A DNA stretch of 48,901 nucleotides, filler included, from Catajapyx aquilonaris (lineage: Eukaryota), in assembly GCA_000934665.2 (NCBI GenBank). It is 2 parts of 2 records of this genome, joined end to end, with 100 filler letters (N's around TTAATTAATTAA, not from the genome) between each part and the next. Parts side by side here need not be neighbours in the genome. Positions count along the whole stretch, not along the records: positions 1 to 24,395 come from JYFJ02005515.1; 1 more part is not named here. One strand, 5' to 3'. Shown one piece after another: positions 1 to 13,100 of the stretch. The translations under genes were made by a program, and so were the position numbers. Below the pieces are notes generated by a model. It made no database searches and was not told the origin of the DNA. It was given only the letters and a program-made list of their open reading frames with translations. Positions within the stretch are counted from its first letter, which is position 1. Every line of letters starts with the position of its first letter.

Positions 1-406
1 GGGCTTTTCGAGCCTTTCTTTCGGACTGACCAGGGTTGGAGAGAGTAGTTTCTGCCATTTGGCTTTCTAAGCCCCTGTGGAATTTCCTTAGCCTGCTATG
101 CTCGCTATACTGGTAATATGTTGGGGATCATTTTTGTATTGCTCTCTGGAGGAGCCTATAACCTTCTGAATGCTGCTTAGTTAAGAGCATAAAGGCCATC
201 TTCTACATAATAAAGGACATCAAAATAACACTGCACCATTAAATAATTACGATTTTATTGGAATTTCATAAATATGGGCAAGGACGGTTTTTTGTTCCAC
301 TGATTATTTTTAGGATTTTTTGTTGCCTTTTATTAAAATATGTTGTTTAACATTAGGCCTACAGGTTTAGGTAACTGTGACAGCACAGAGCGAGGATAGC
401 TGGAAG

Positions 407-3400
407 ATGGGCCGTAAGCGCAAAGCGCAGAAGGAAGACGAGATAAGCTACAATGGTTGTGATGCCCCTCCTGCTGCTCTGTCTGAGTCCGAGTCCATCA
501 TTGAGAGTGATGTGGTAGTGGAAAGGGATGAGGACGGGGGAATCCGTATTGGTGAGATATATGTCGCACCCCCTCCAAAACCGGCGCTCACATTTGATTC
601 AGACACTCCCCGGCTTGTCATAACCCAAATTCAGCTACAGGATTTCAAGAGTTATGCTGGGGTCAAGATACTTGGCCCATTTTGTAAGGTATGTAATTCT
701 TTGCATTGCATTGTAACCATTATTAGTATACTGTCCTTATCCTTAATTTGTATGCTCATAGGGTTTCACTGCAATTGTGGGCCCAAATGGAAGTGGGAAG
801 AGCAACGTGATAGATGCCATGCTGTTTGTGTTTGGTTACCGTGCTCAAAAGATCCGCTGTAAGAAGGTGTCTGTCCTGATCCACAGTTCAGAAAATTTCA
901 ACTACCTGAACAGTTGCAGCGTATCTGCATTCTTTCAGCAGATTCGTGACTTGGTTTGTACCTTATTTTGCATTGAATAATTAGTGTCACACATGGTTGA
1001 CGGTTATTTTATTTACAGCCTGGTGACAAGTTTGAGCTGATTCCAGGGTCAGAACTTAGAATTTCAAGGACTGCTTGCCGTGACAACTCGTCATATTATG
1101 AGATCAACGGTAAGCGAAGCATGTTCAAGGATGTGGCTGCTTTGCTTAGGCAGCATGGAATTGACCTGGATCACAATCGATTCCTCATTTTGCAGGTGTG
1201 TACTTGTAGCTTGTATCACACACATATTTGAAGATAATGACTTAATTATGCTTTCTTGTCTAGGGAGAGGTTGAGCAAATTGCTCTTATGAAACCAAAAT
1301 CTGTCAATGAGCATGACACAGGCATGTTGGAGTACCTAGAGGACATAGTTGGGTCAAATCGCTTGCAAGAACCCATTGTACGCATGTCACGAATAGTGGA
1401 AACACTAAGTAACATTCGTAATGAACAGATGCAGAAGCTAAAGATCCTGAGCCAAGAGAAGGATGTCCTCCAGGCAGAGAGAGCTAAGGCGTTTGCCTAC
1501 CTTGAACTGGAGAACAAGCTGGCCAGATTTCGTCGGATGGAATTACAAAAGTTTATGTATGGTTACTCTTAATTTATTTGGATTTATTGGGACTACATAT
1601 TTTCAAACATGAGATTTCACTCAATAAGTTTTGCAAAGCCAGCATGTAGCTAAACTGAAGTAAATTATTAACCTCCTTGTGCGCCGAATGTAATTGTCAG
1701 TGATGAGCACCTCTTACAAAGATCCATAAGGTGTAAATGATGTGCAGATAATAAATTATGAAGTGCAATTTAATAATACGTTGTTGCAAGTGACAGTTGT
1801 TATTTAGGAGTACTAATTACTTGATGTTCTTTAACAGTAACAAAAGTACTCCCAAACTTGTGAAAATTGAGAAAGATGCAGAAGAAGTGGGGCAAAAACT
1901 GGCTGAGGTGCAAGAGAAGTTGAAAAACATGACTGCCAAGAGAGAGATTAAGGAGAAGGCCATTGTGGCCGAAGCAAAGTAAGTAATTGCTTGTGGGCGT
2001 GGTTGATGTCCAAAAAATGAATTTTCTAAATGGCTTTAATTTGTAGGGAGTGTGGAAGCCGCACTCGGCAGAAGGACCAACTGCTCGCTACCTTCAACAA
2101 ACTGGACAAGGAATGTTTTAAGATTACAGAGGATCTGAAACATCGTAATGAGCAGCACAAAAAAAATCTACACAGTTTGGAGGCAGAGAAGAAAAAGGTA
2201 TGTGTGATGCACTTTGCGGATGACCCATTATGGCCAATGAGGCTTCTGCAAACCTCTTACTATCAAGCTGTTTGGAATTCTTCATATAAAATTTAGCTAA
2301 ATTGGAAAGAGGCTAATAAAACAGCTTCAGGGCTTGAAATAAAGAAGGGAATTTGCATACTTGTAACATGTAATCCATGGTCCGAACACAAAAAAGGTTG
2401 GATAATCGGAGGAGCAAGGAAAACTTTAATGAAACACAACAAAAAACATATATAGAAGCATGAAATAATGTACAATATTACTGTTTTCTAAAAAACGGAA
2501 GTATTTATCATTTACATGCACAGATTGCACATTCTACTGTATTGTATTTATACCATTTAACTAAGGAAATAAGAAACAAATGCGTAGTAGCCTACATGAC
2601 AGTGTTTGATGAGAAAAATGTATTTATTTCTGGAGCGGGAGGGGCGGATAAACTGAGGAGTCGAATAATCGGGGTTCTACTGTAATACTTGTAAGTGAAA
2701 GGATATTAATTCCAGTTGGTACTTTTGCATGGATAGCTGGACGAGCTGCTGCAGGTTCCTAAACGCAATGCAGATGACATTGAAATCTTGACTGGTAGGA
2801 AGGAAACTCTAATAATTGACCAGCAGAAGGCGCAAAAGGTTCACCAGGTTGCTCTGCAAGGTCTGAGAGGACAGACCCAGGAACTGCAAGACCAGAAGGA
2901 GGTGCAGGAAAACAAGCTGCTGGGATTTCAAAAAGGGATCAGTGACACTAAATCTGCGGTATGATGCATTAGCTTGTACATTATTTTGTATTTTTGTATG
3001 CATTAACATTTCAGTTTGACATGTTCAGAATTTAATCCGTGTGAACAGGTACAGCTATAAGCAGAAAGATCAAACTGCTGATATCTCTGCTCCAAGACAA
3101 ATGTGTCATAATGTTGACGTTCTGTATTGTGTTATTTCCCTAGTTTGACCTGGCCCAGTCAGAGTTGGATTTGTATCTGAGCCAGGAGAAGTCTGCAAAG
3201 GACAAGCTGGAGGAGCTGAAGTGCAGCCTGACTGAGGCAGGAAACAAATTTGCCAGCCTCAATGCTAAAGTGGTGGAGATGGAAGCCAGGATTCCGGAGC
3301 TGGAAGTCAATATGAAGAAGGGTGGGGCTGACTTGAAAAAGGTAGCAGAGGATGTTGCCGCAGCTGAGACAGAACTCCAGAGAAAGCAAGCGGCCATTGG

Positions 3401-4800
3401 GGAGGTGAGGTCTGCACAGCAGAGTATGCAGAGCAGGGGCAGGATGCTCTCTGCATTGCTGGAGCAGAAGCAAGAAGGGAATCTTCCAGGAATCTACGGA
3501 CGATTGGTGAGTGAATGAAGCTTCCCGCATGAGGCCCTCTTACATAATACATTTTGGATGTATGCAGCCTCTGTGCCCTTTTTTAAAATGGGCTGCCTTT
3601 CTCTGGAATGCATGACTAGGATGTGGGCCAATAGAGGGGACAAAACATTGTTATAAGGTCATAAACCTGACTTTGTTATGGTCAAGTAGAGCAGATCTGT
3701 GACGACCCTCAGGCTACTACATTTATAAACATATTGGAGAATTTGACCGGATAGCTAACATGTACTGTATAAATATTTGCATGTAATGCCAGTGTATTCA
3801 TTCCTTAGGGTGACTTGGGTGCTATAGAGCCAAAGTATGATGTGGCTGTCTCTACTGCTTGTCCTTCCCTGGACGACATTGTTGTGGACACAGTGAATAC
3901 GGCTCAGAAATGCATTGAGTTTCTGAAGAAGAACAATCTGGGAAAAGCATCATTCGTCCCTCTGGAAAAACAGGAGCACTTGCGGTCACTGTACAAAGCA
4001 CCATTCAGGGCGTGAGTTGAATTATACTTTGTCAATGTGGCACCATCACATACAATTTGTGCCTCCTTTGAATGTGGCATGTGGCATTTAATAAGTGTTG
4101 GATTTTTATTATACTTTCAGCCCTGAGAATGTACCTCGCTTGTTTGACCTGGTGCGAGTGGAAAATGAGACTATCCGACCTGCCTTTTACTTTCGTCTAC
4201 GTGACACATTGGTTGCCGATGACCTGACCCAGGCCATGCGAATAGCATTTGGTCAAGTACGTTACAGGGTGGTCACTCTCAAGGGGGAGTTAATTGAGAC
4301 ATCCGGAACTATGAGTGGTGGTGGAGGCCGGCCACGCAGGGGACTGATGGGCCATTCTGTGGTGTCAAGCCAGGGTGCAGCATCTCCAGGTGAGATTCAC
4401 CGCATGCAGAAGCAAGTAGATGAGCTTATGGGGAAGGTAAGGGCTTTGAGGGATCACGAGGCCATGCTGGAAGAGGAGGTGCCTCAGATGGAGAGGGAGT
4501 CACAGACTCTAAGACACCAAGTACAAATGTTCAGAGTGGAGGCACAGGCAACTGGAGACCAAGAAAAAAGTCTGCGGGAGCAAGTGAAGCAGCAGGAGAA
4601 GAAGGTTAAGGAAACCAAGCCTGACGAAAGGAAGGTCGCCCAGATGGAGGCTGAAGTTAAGAAGACAAAATCTGGTGAGTGTTGAGTTTGAATTTTTAAT
4701 ATGGACATAAATGCAGTAAAACCCCACTGCCATGAATCTCAGGGGTCAGAAATAAGAGGATTTTAGCGCAATGGGTTTGTGGCTCTTTCTTCTCTCTCTC

Positions 4801-4850
<50 letters not shown>

Positions 4851-6908
4851 CTTCATTAAAATGTGTTGATTACCATTTAGGAGATTGTGCAGCTTTTGAA
4901 TAAATATGTAACAGGTGTGTGGAGCGCCTTAAGAGAAAAGAATTGCTTTTTGGAAGTTGCTTCACTAATCATGGACTGTTCCATCAATCACTGTGCCTTT
5001 TTTTTACACAAGACCTTTGGTGCTTCCAGCATATGAGAAGGCATCAGGGAAGACTGAAAAGATCCAGGAAGAAGTCACCCGTTTGACCAACAAGATCCAA
5101 GATATCACTAAGAACCACATGAAGCCAGTGGAGAATACGCTTAAGACTGTCACAAGTAAAGTGGAGAAGGTGACCTAGGACATCACCAGCCTAACAGTAG
5201 CGATCAAGACTTCCAAGAGGAATGCGGCTAAAAGCCAGGAGAAGATCAACAGCCTGGAGGTGGATGTGTCCGAGGCAGCCCTCCAACTCCAGCACATGAG
5301 TGAGAAGAGAAAGGAATTGGATTCTGAAGGACAAGAGTTGTTAGCCAAAATGGAGGTTTATCGCAGTGAAATAGAGGAGTACCAAGCTCGTCTTGCAGAG
5401 CTGAATCAGGGTAAGGAGGAGATTGCTGGCATGGAGAATGAAGCAAAGAAAGAATCCATTGACCTGGAGGCAAAGAAGTCGGAACTGACAAAGAAAGTGA
5501 ATGAGATTAAAACTGGGATCGTTTCCTGGACCAAGAAGTTGAAACTGCTGAAGGTGCACAATTTGGAAACAGGACAGGAGACACCATTGGAAGAGGTGAG
5601 CTCATTTTTTTTGTCTTCTGTGAGAGGGGTCAACTCGCAAGAAAAGGTTGGACGTGCTTCTTGTTTGTTTGCTGTGGCCGTCACAATGAAACCTTACTGG
5701 CAGTGACCTGAAGATTCAGCACCAATGATTATATCTCTCAGTCTTCCCTCCAGTTCAATTGGTCAGCTACATTTCGGGTGGGGTACCAACCACATCAAGT
5801 TGTGCAACTGCATACAGTTTTTTTATGTTGCATTATAACCATTAATACAAGTTCAATGTAGAAGTGCTTACTGTCCATTGCTTCCTGATAGTTGGACCCT
5901 GAAAGGCTAGATGAAGTGGATGAAAACCATATCAACTACCGGCTTACAAACATTGAGGAGGAGCTGAAGAGCATGCATCCAAACCTGGGCGTGATTGCTG
6001 AGTATAGAAAGAAGGAAGAAGATTACCTGAAGTGTGTGTCCGCACTCGAGGAGGTCACAAGGCGAAGGGACAACCAGAGGAAGCAATATGATGATCTGCG
6101 CAAACAGAGGCTCAGCGAGTTCATGTCTGCCTTTGGCATTGTTACTGTAAAGCTAAAAGAGGTGTACCATATGATCACGTTAGGTATGGATTCCAAGGAG
6201 TTACTTTATGGGGTCACTTACACAGTACCAAGGAAGTCAACCAAGTCCACTATTAGGTTGCTTGATGCAGTGCTAAACATAACCACAAACAACGTAACCT
6301 GACAGTACATACATATGACATGTTATATTCTTGTTGGCATGGTAGTAGCTTTGTAGTGGACCAGGTCCAATTTCCTCAGTTCTGTATAAATGACTCCCTG
6401 TTGCATATTTGCTAGGAATCCACAGGAATTTGAATAATATTTCATTGTCTTGCATTAATAAGTTGCTTGTTAATTACTGTTATTAGGAGGTGACGCTGAG
6501 CTGGAGCTGGTCGATTCCATGGATCCCTTCTCCGAAGGGATTGTCTTCAGTGTACGCCCACCAAAGAAGTCATGGAAACACATTGGCCACCTGTCTGGCG
6601 GAGAGAAGACCCTAGCCTCGTTGGCACTTGTGTTTGCACTCCATTACTACAAGCCGAGTCCTCTCTACGTAATGGACGAGATAGACGCCGCCTTAGATTT
6701 CAGGAACGTGCATGTTGTAGCCAACTACGTGAAGGAGCAGACCAAGAACGCTCAGTTCTTAATAATATCTCACCAGTGCAACATGTACGAAAAGGCGGAC
6801 CGATTGGTGGGGATCTACAAGACATACAACTGCAGCAAATCCGTGACCATCAACCCAAAGGAAGTAGAAGCAAACTGTGTGCATCTCCCTGCAAATAAAG
6901 AAAGATAA
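407..6908 (+). CDS. SMC4: Structural maintenance of chromosomes protein 4 (condensin subunit), 13 coding exons
   Basis: Exons read with GT-AG boundaries and consistent phase: 407-688, 762-953, 1019-1195, 1264-1556, 1838-1978, 2047-2197, 2737-2958, 3144-3506, 3809-4011, 4121-4674, 5030-5595, 5892-6183, 6487-6908 (3858 nt, 1285 aa). Motifs: FKSYAG, Walker A GPNGSGKSNVIDAMLFVFG, IDLDHNRFLILQGEVEQI, hinge GIYGRLGDLGAI and SGTMSGGG, RPPKKSWK, signature LSGGEKT, Walker B MDEIDAALD. Confidence 0.97.
4790..4848. repeat. (CT)n microsatellite in SMC4 intron 10
   Basis: Directly visible CT dinucleotide run. Confidence 0.95.
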
Positions 6909-6909
6909 T

Positions 6910-7232
6910 AATATATATATATATATATATTTAAAAAAAATAATAACTGGGGTAGTGCTTTCACCCCCAACTGGGGGTATATCACACGGACCTTTATTTT
7001 TGTTATTATTATTGTACAGTAGCTGGTGCAGGGACAGGGTAGGGATAGGAGGGGGACACTGGTGCATGTGCAATGTCTCATGTTGGGGGTCGTGTGCAGT
7101 CCCTCAGGGGGGTCCGTTCGCCATAGATGGCCCCCTAGATGCGGGTCAGAAACCCCCGACTGACCCGCATTCTGGTTTTCCACAACAATGAGCCCCAGCC
7201 GCAGATCTAAGCCGGTCTGTAAGTCTCCATGG
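6910..7232 (-). mobile_element. Diverged SINE-like copy related to the body of SINE family A, abutting the SMC4 stop codon
   Basis: Shares motifs (GGTGCA..GGGTAGGGATA..GGTGCA..GTCGTGTGC..GGGTCAGA) with the antisense copy at 15290-15653; simple AT tail faces SMC4. Confidence 0.5.
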
Positions 7233-8437
7233 CCCTGCAAGAAGAAACACAAAAGCTTTGCTTAAATATAAGTTATTACTAAATGAACTTTTCCATATGT
7301 GCCCACAATACTTAGAGTTCTGTGACACACTTTCGACACAGGACTATGTCACATTATGACACACAAAAACGTGTCAAATGTCATATAACTGTCTGCCACG
7401 TGATATAGCACACTGCATATCCTAATATCCTGATATGTGCAAAGACTAGGTTATAAGGGTGTCACCCGTCACACGTATGGAAGAATGGAAGGATGACACA
7501 TATGCAGAGAATGTAACCTTCAATTCCTCTTTTCCTGCAGCATTATTTATACATATTACCATCGTGCCATGCAGCAGTAGCTTGCGACCTAAAATGATTC
7601 ATTTGTACTGTACATGCACTGCCGGCTCAACTCATGTCAGTTGGTGATCTATTCGTCTCGTCTTAAAAGATTCTGCCAACTGGATCCATCAGCAGGGGCA
7701 CAGTGGCCCGCCCACCGCGCCGGGAAGCCGGGAAAATTCCCTGTGCACTGGTCAGATTGGACCTTTTGGCGCCCACCGCTGCATATAGTCTAATCTTTTG
7801 AAATAATCCTTTAAAAATTGTAAAATTATACAGAAATGAGATTTTAACCCCCAACTAGTGAATGCTTAGCTCCAAATGCGGTAAAACATTATAATAAATT
7901 AGTGTCACGTAGGACAAAACAGTACGGTATGTATGCAACAATCAGTAAACTTCCATGAAGGCTGCTTGCATCATTAGCGCCGCACGAGCGCCAAACTAAA
8001 ATCATTCACTTTCTTTTTCCTTTTTTTCTTTTTTTTTTTTTTTGCCAAAAATACAGGGCACATGCAGGGCGGCAGATAGGCCCAACTTATGGATAGAATC
8101 CTCCTGGAGCCGAATGCACTGGCGCCCGCCACAAGTGTGGCAGCATCTCCAGGACCTTCAGGAACCACTTTTTGGTCACTCCAAACAAAGTGTGCTAGGT
8201 AACATGTTTCATGTGTATTTGATGGGACTTTGTGGTATCTTCAAAAGACTTGCATGTAACAGCACTACCTACTATTTTAGTAGAATTTTCACGAAAGTGC
8301 GTTTTTCTCGAAACGAATCATTTTCATTGCCAAGAACCCTTCAATTGGGGGCTAAAACACAATCTCCCTAGTAAGGTTATCCCAAGGCTATGACAAGAAT
8401 TTAATTGCCAGTTTTTGCACATGCACACATTCCTTAA

Positions 8438-8884
8438 CCCTTAACTACGTAGGTGGGTGAAACCTGAGAGGCTCCAACGGTATATTTAAATTTCTGCTTA
8501 TCAACTAAATTGTTATATTGGACTTTTCACATACAGAAAGTGCAGTTCAGATCATTAGGCTTCCGAAAACGTAAAAATCACACGCTGAGTCAGCATATTC
8601 CGACTGGGAAAGATTTTTAATTAAAAGGTTACATCATGTGTTTGAGCCGCTCAGGCTTCACCTGAGATATGGAGCCAGAGCGGTTCCAGGAGGGACCTGT
8701 TCCTCGTTACGAATTTTTTTAAACCAAAGAATAGGGACTAAAAAAAATTTCTTTCCTTTTCATGCTTAGGAAGGCTTTTCTGACAAAGTCACGGAAGGAC
8801 AGGGGAAAATAAAATTCAATGAAAAAGTTACATGCGTTTAAATAGTGCTTGGAGCCTCTCAGGCTCCACCTACGTAGTTAAGGG
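8438..8884. mobile_element. piggyBac-type non-autonomous element (MITE)
   Basis: TTAA on both sides; TIR CCCTTAACTACGTAGGTGG / CCACCTACGTAGTTAAGGG plus subterminal CCTGAGAGGCTCCAA inverted match. Confidence 0.85.
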
Positions 8885-10153
8885 TTAAGAGAGAGCCAGG
8901 AGGTTAACAGCCATCCTCACTGAAAAATCAACACTTATTACTAAACCTACATGCTACAGGTTAATCAAGAGTTTCCAACAAAAATTAAGATGAAAAAAGT
9001 CCCATACAGTCACAAAAGGTAGAGCAGAACTGAAATCAACAGCTTGACATAGTTTTTTGCTACATTGCTAGTTTGCTACAATGGCTACTAACAGTTCACT
9101 AATGGGTCATCAAGCAACTAAGATATAAGTTGCAAAGCACATCAGAGAAAAAAACTGTTGTTCAAATATGGTGAAGAGGAATATCATCACTGCATAGGAA
9201 TACAGTTAATTAACCCAATTTAAAAACTTATCTGACACTACAGTATGAGTCCTGGGAAAAACCTAAAGCACGTCAAGTAACGGGTTGCATTATACAAGAC
9301 ATGCAAGTTAAAAGAAACATTTATTTCACTGTATTAATTCAATGAAAGATACACTTATTTGGAAGCATGACATATCAGCTGTACACTAATATCAGTCAAA
9401 ATTTTTGTGTAACATAGCTTCTCATAACTGTAGTTCCATAACATGTGATACACTTCCCTGCGTATGCAATATATCAACTTTATCCCTCGTTGCATCTCAC
9501 TTTGAAACCTGCAATGTTCTTCATCTGCCACATCACCTGACTATTATTACTTCCATTCCAACAAAACCTCTCCAAGAAACACCTTCTACCTCGTAGTGCA
9601 TTTAGCTGACATTCCATGCAGCTCTATCTGCAAAGATTTTAGCAGGAGGAATGCTTCATACAGAAGTGTATAAAATTAGAACAATGGACCTCGTCACTGG
9701 AAAATACTGTGCTACAATACATTACCAAAAAATAACAGCTGCTCACTTTCAACTCACACCACTCATTTGTACAACCAATCAATCTGCATAAAAAGAATAA
9801 CGGAAACCTGAAAATTGCTCATAACCCACACATGCTACTTGCAAAATCTCCAAATGGACATCACATTGCAGCTTATGTGTTCCCTTGAGACACTGCTTGA
9901 ACAAAAAGAGTTCAATGCGAGGAAATTTTTTAATTTGCACCTTCATGTCATCAGTCACTGTAGCATTATACATCAGAATTTACACAGTATAAAATGATGC
10001 AGTAAACACAACTGTGATACATTCCATCCAACAAAAGGACCCCCATATGAACATTCCTTTTCCAAATAAAACTTTGCCCACCAGGTATTATACTTGAAAA
10101 TTTATCGTAGTTACAACAATTTGCAAATGGCCATCTTTGGCAGGCTTGGCTCC

Positions 10154-13100
10154 TCACCGAAATCCTTCCCATTCAGGAAAATACAATCCAATGATAGAGA
10201 CCATAAAAAAACCAGACAGTCCAACCAAAGCTATGGTCGAGGTTCCAGTGAAATACTGCGAGTACTGGAAATGGCAATACCACGCAAATCCCAATATGAC
10301 ACCTAGTAAGATGAACAGCAGATTCCCAAAGTCCATGTCATTAGAACCTTCACCTGGTGGAGGTAATGCAGGGCGTTCCATTTGTCGAGGCTGATGCACC
10401 ACACAGTGAAGGACGCAGTTGTGGAACAAGCCATAATGCTCCAGGGTTTCTGTGTCACTCTGCAAGACTTGGCCATTGAAGATGAGCCGAACTAACTTGT
10501 TTGTTGCCAGCTCCAAGGAGAAGTGGCGCCTGCAAAATAAAATAGTCATCAAGGTGTAGTGAAGTCAAGGGAAAAACTACGAATGTATCAGCTCAACTTG
10601 CAAGCTAACAGTTTCTATTAGAACTTTGATGTACAAGAATTAACCAGCAGTGGGGGGAGGTGTGGTGGCCGTGATGGTAACGTCTCGGCTTGCTGAGTGA
10701 AAGGCCCCAGGTTCGATGCCCGCCTGGGGAACTTTCCTTCCACCTGCGTCAGGAGGGTCTCTGACCTGCACCAAGGAGGTGTCTGGCAACCTAACCTCCT
10801 GGGGGACAGCACATGACCCCTTTACCGACCTTGCACTTGCACCAATGTTCCCTCCCCAAAAATCCCTACCCCTACCCTACATCCTAGACTCCTTGCACCG
10901 GTGTATGAAGTTAAACGGAGAGAAAATGGTGGTATCCCACCCCCCTAAAAAGGCGAAGCCTTATCACGGGGTAACGTAAAAAAACAACAAAAAAACAATA
11001 ATTAACCATCAGTTATTAAGTAAGATCATCACTATGAAACAGCGATCTTGGTGGTTAGGTATTTCATCACAGGTTATTCCTCTTTCAAGTAGTAACATGG
11101 AATATTTACGCTACTTGATATACAGCGTGTTCTAATAAAAATTGCTTGTATTTGCTTGCAATTTTTAAAAACTAATTAGCTTATTATTAAGCTATTATTA
11201 TGTGCTATAACTACTGAGTGCCTCATTATTTCACTTAGCTTCATTGTGAAGTTACACAACATCCACCGGTGACGTCACGAATGAGGCATCAAATCTGGTT
11301 TAGGCTGCATCAGGTTACATATCGGGTATGCCCAAGGTATGTCCATGGTATGTCCATGGATTGATTGGACCTTGGGTAGAAATGCCGGTACATATCGTCT
11401 CATTATCAACTTTACTATTAATTAGTTCATCACCATCCTTCACGGCTCTTTCCCAAAATCCTGGGGTTGCCAGCGGATAAGGAGGAGGATTACTTGTAAA
11501 TTTGGTAATTATGTGTGCGAGCGGGTCATATGACGTCACTCCTCAGCTGCTGGTTAATAAAAGGGACAGTCGGTGACGTCACGTCCAAAGTCCCCCGTTT
11601 GGTGTGCAATAACCTCTGAACAGTTACTGGTGTGATTGGACATTAGCTGTCAATATTAGCTGCCTGATAATTTCCCCGCGTTTTTCGGAGCAATTTTGAG
11701 TTAATAAATGTTATTGCCACTAATTGGAAGGGAAACGAGTTTCATATTTTATGATGACGCACTAAAATTAATAAAACCAGCACAGATGACCTTTACGGCC
11801 TCTACCCTATTTATACCTCGTTGCAGGATCCAGACACTTTGCAGTCCTCTTGCGTCCTATTGGTCCAGTCACACCAGACCAACCATTACGACCAAACATT
11901 ACGACCAACCAGGCGCAGTGTAAAACCTAGGATTGGAATTAACACGATCCAGTACCTGCAAGCTGATTGATCAGATTTGTTGAATGGCTGGCACTGGCAG
12001 TCATTGGCGGACTGTGCGCATGTGCAGTGATGGGGGAAACGGTAATGTAGGCGGAAAAGTTAGGCGGGAAGGTGTGAGGCTCCTGATTGGCGGAGCCGTA
12101 CATACCGGTGGGAGCAGGAAGCAACGTGACGCAATAATTGTGATTGCTTACGCAATCCTCAACGGAAATTGCCGCATACGAGGGGGGAGGTGAGTAGCGA
12201 GCAAGTAGCGAGAGAGGTGCAGGGGGAGGGGTGGTGAGTGGGTTGGCGGGGCTGTGAGGGGGGAGAGGTGAAGGGAGGTGTGAGCCTCCTGATTGGGCGA
12301 GGGTGTGAGGGGGGATATGACGTAGTGGCAGATTAGAGGACGTGGAGTGGAAGTGTTGGGGGCAGTGGGGGAGGCAAGAGGGTGGGGGAGGCTACCGTTG
12401 GGGAGTTGGCGGATACATAAATTTCGCGATCTCGAAAACGGCTGGGAATTTTGCGATTATGAGGATTTTTGGTATCGGTATATCGGAGGCTAGAAATCCA
12501 ACGGCGTAAGTCCGACGTCTCTGCGACGCCGGGAAGTGCGAAATCTTTTTCATCCTCCTCCTCGTCGGAATCGGGCTTTATATACAGGGTGTATCTGAAC
12601 TCAGTGCCCCGACGTATATGACTGCCTTCCTAGCCACCAGAGGATCGATTTAAGTATAGGAATCATTATGTTTGGCCGCCGCATTACGGAGATAATTGGC
12701 CGCAAGCATGTAGTACAAAATATCCTGTCGGTTAGGCCACCCACCGAACCCTCCCCCAGTCAGAAGGCTCTGGAAGGTCTGGGGGCGGGACTTCGTTGGT
12801 TTGTTGCCCACAGGTGGGAAGGCCTCTTTGGCTAGTTGCACCAGAAAATTCTATTTAAAAGTCAGAAGGAGCGATTAGGCAAAAATCGCTAAAGAGTGTA
12901 TCTCCGTAATGCGGCGGCCAAACATAATGATTCCTATACTTAAATCGATCCTCTGGTGGCTAGGAAGGCAGTCATATACGTCGGGGCACTGAGTTCAAAT
13001 ACACCCTGTATATTAGATAGACGAGAATACATGGTAATTGGTTAACATGGCAACAATGCTTGATTTTTGTTGATTGTGACTAAATTACCACCCCTTCTTT

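Noticed and set aside
1695..1796. C/D snoRNA in SMC4 intron 4 (GTGATGA with a TGTCA/TGACA stem)
   Set aside because: No canonical CTGA D box and no identifiable antisense element.
3140..5684. Antisense ORFs overlapping SMC4 exons
   Set aside because: Shadow frames of coiled-coil coding sequence.
10652..10730. tRNA genes at SINE heads (also 18584 and 23479)
   Set aside because: Each continues into a SINE body and tail, two have clear TSDs, and none gives a clean cloverleaf.
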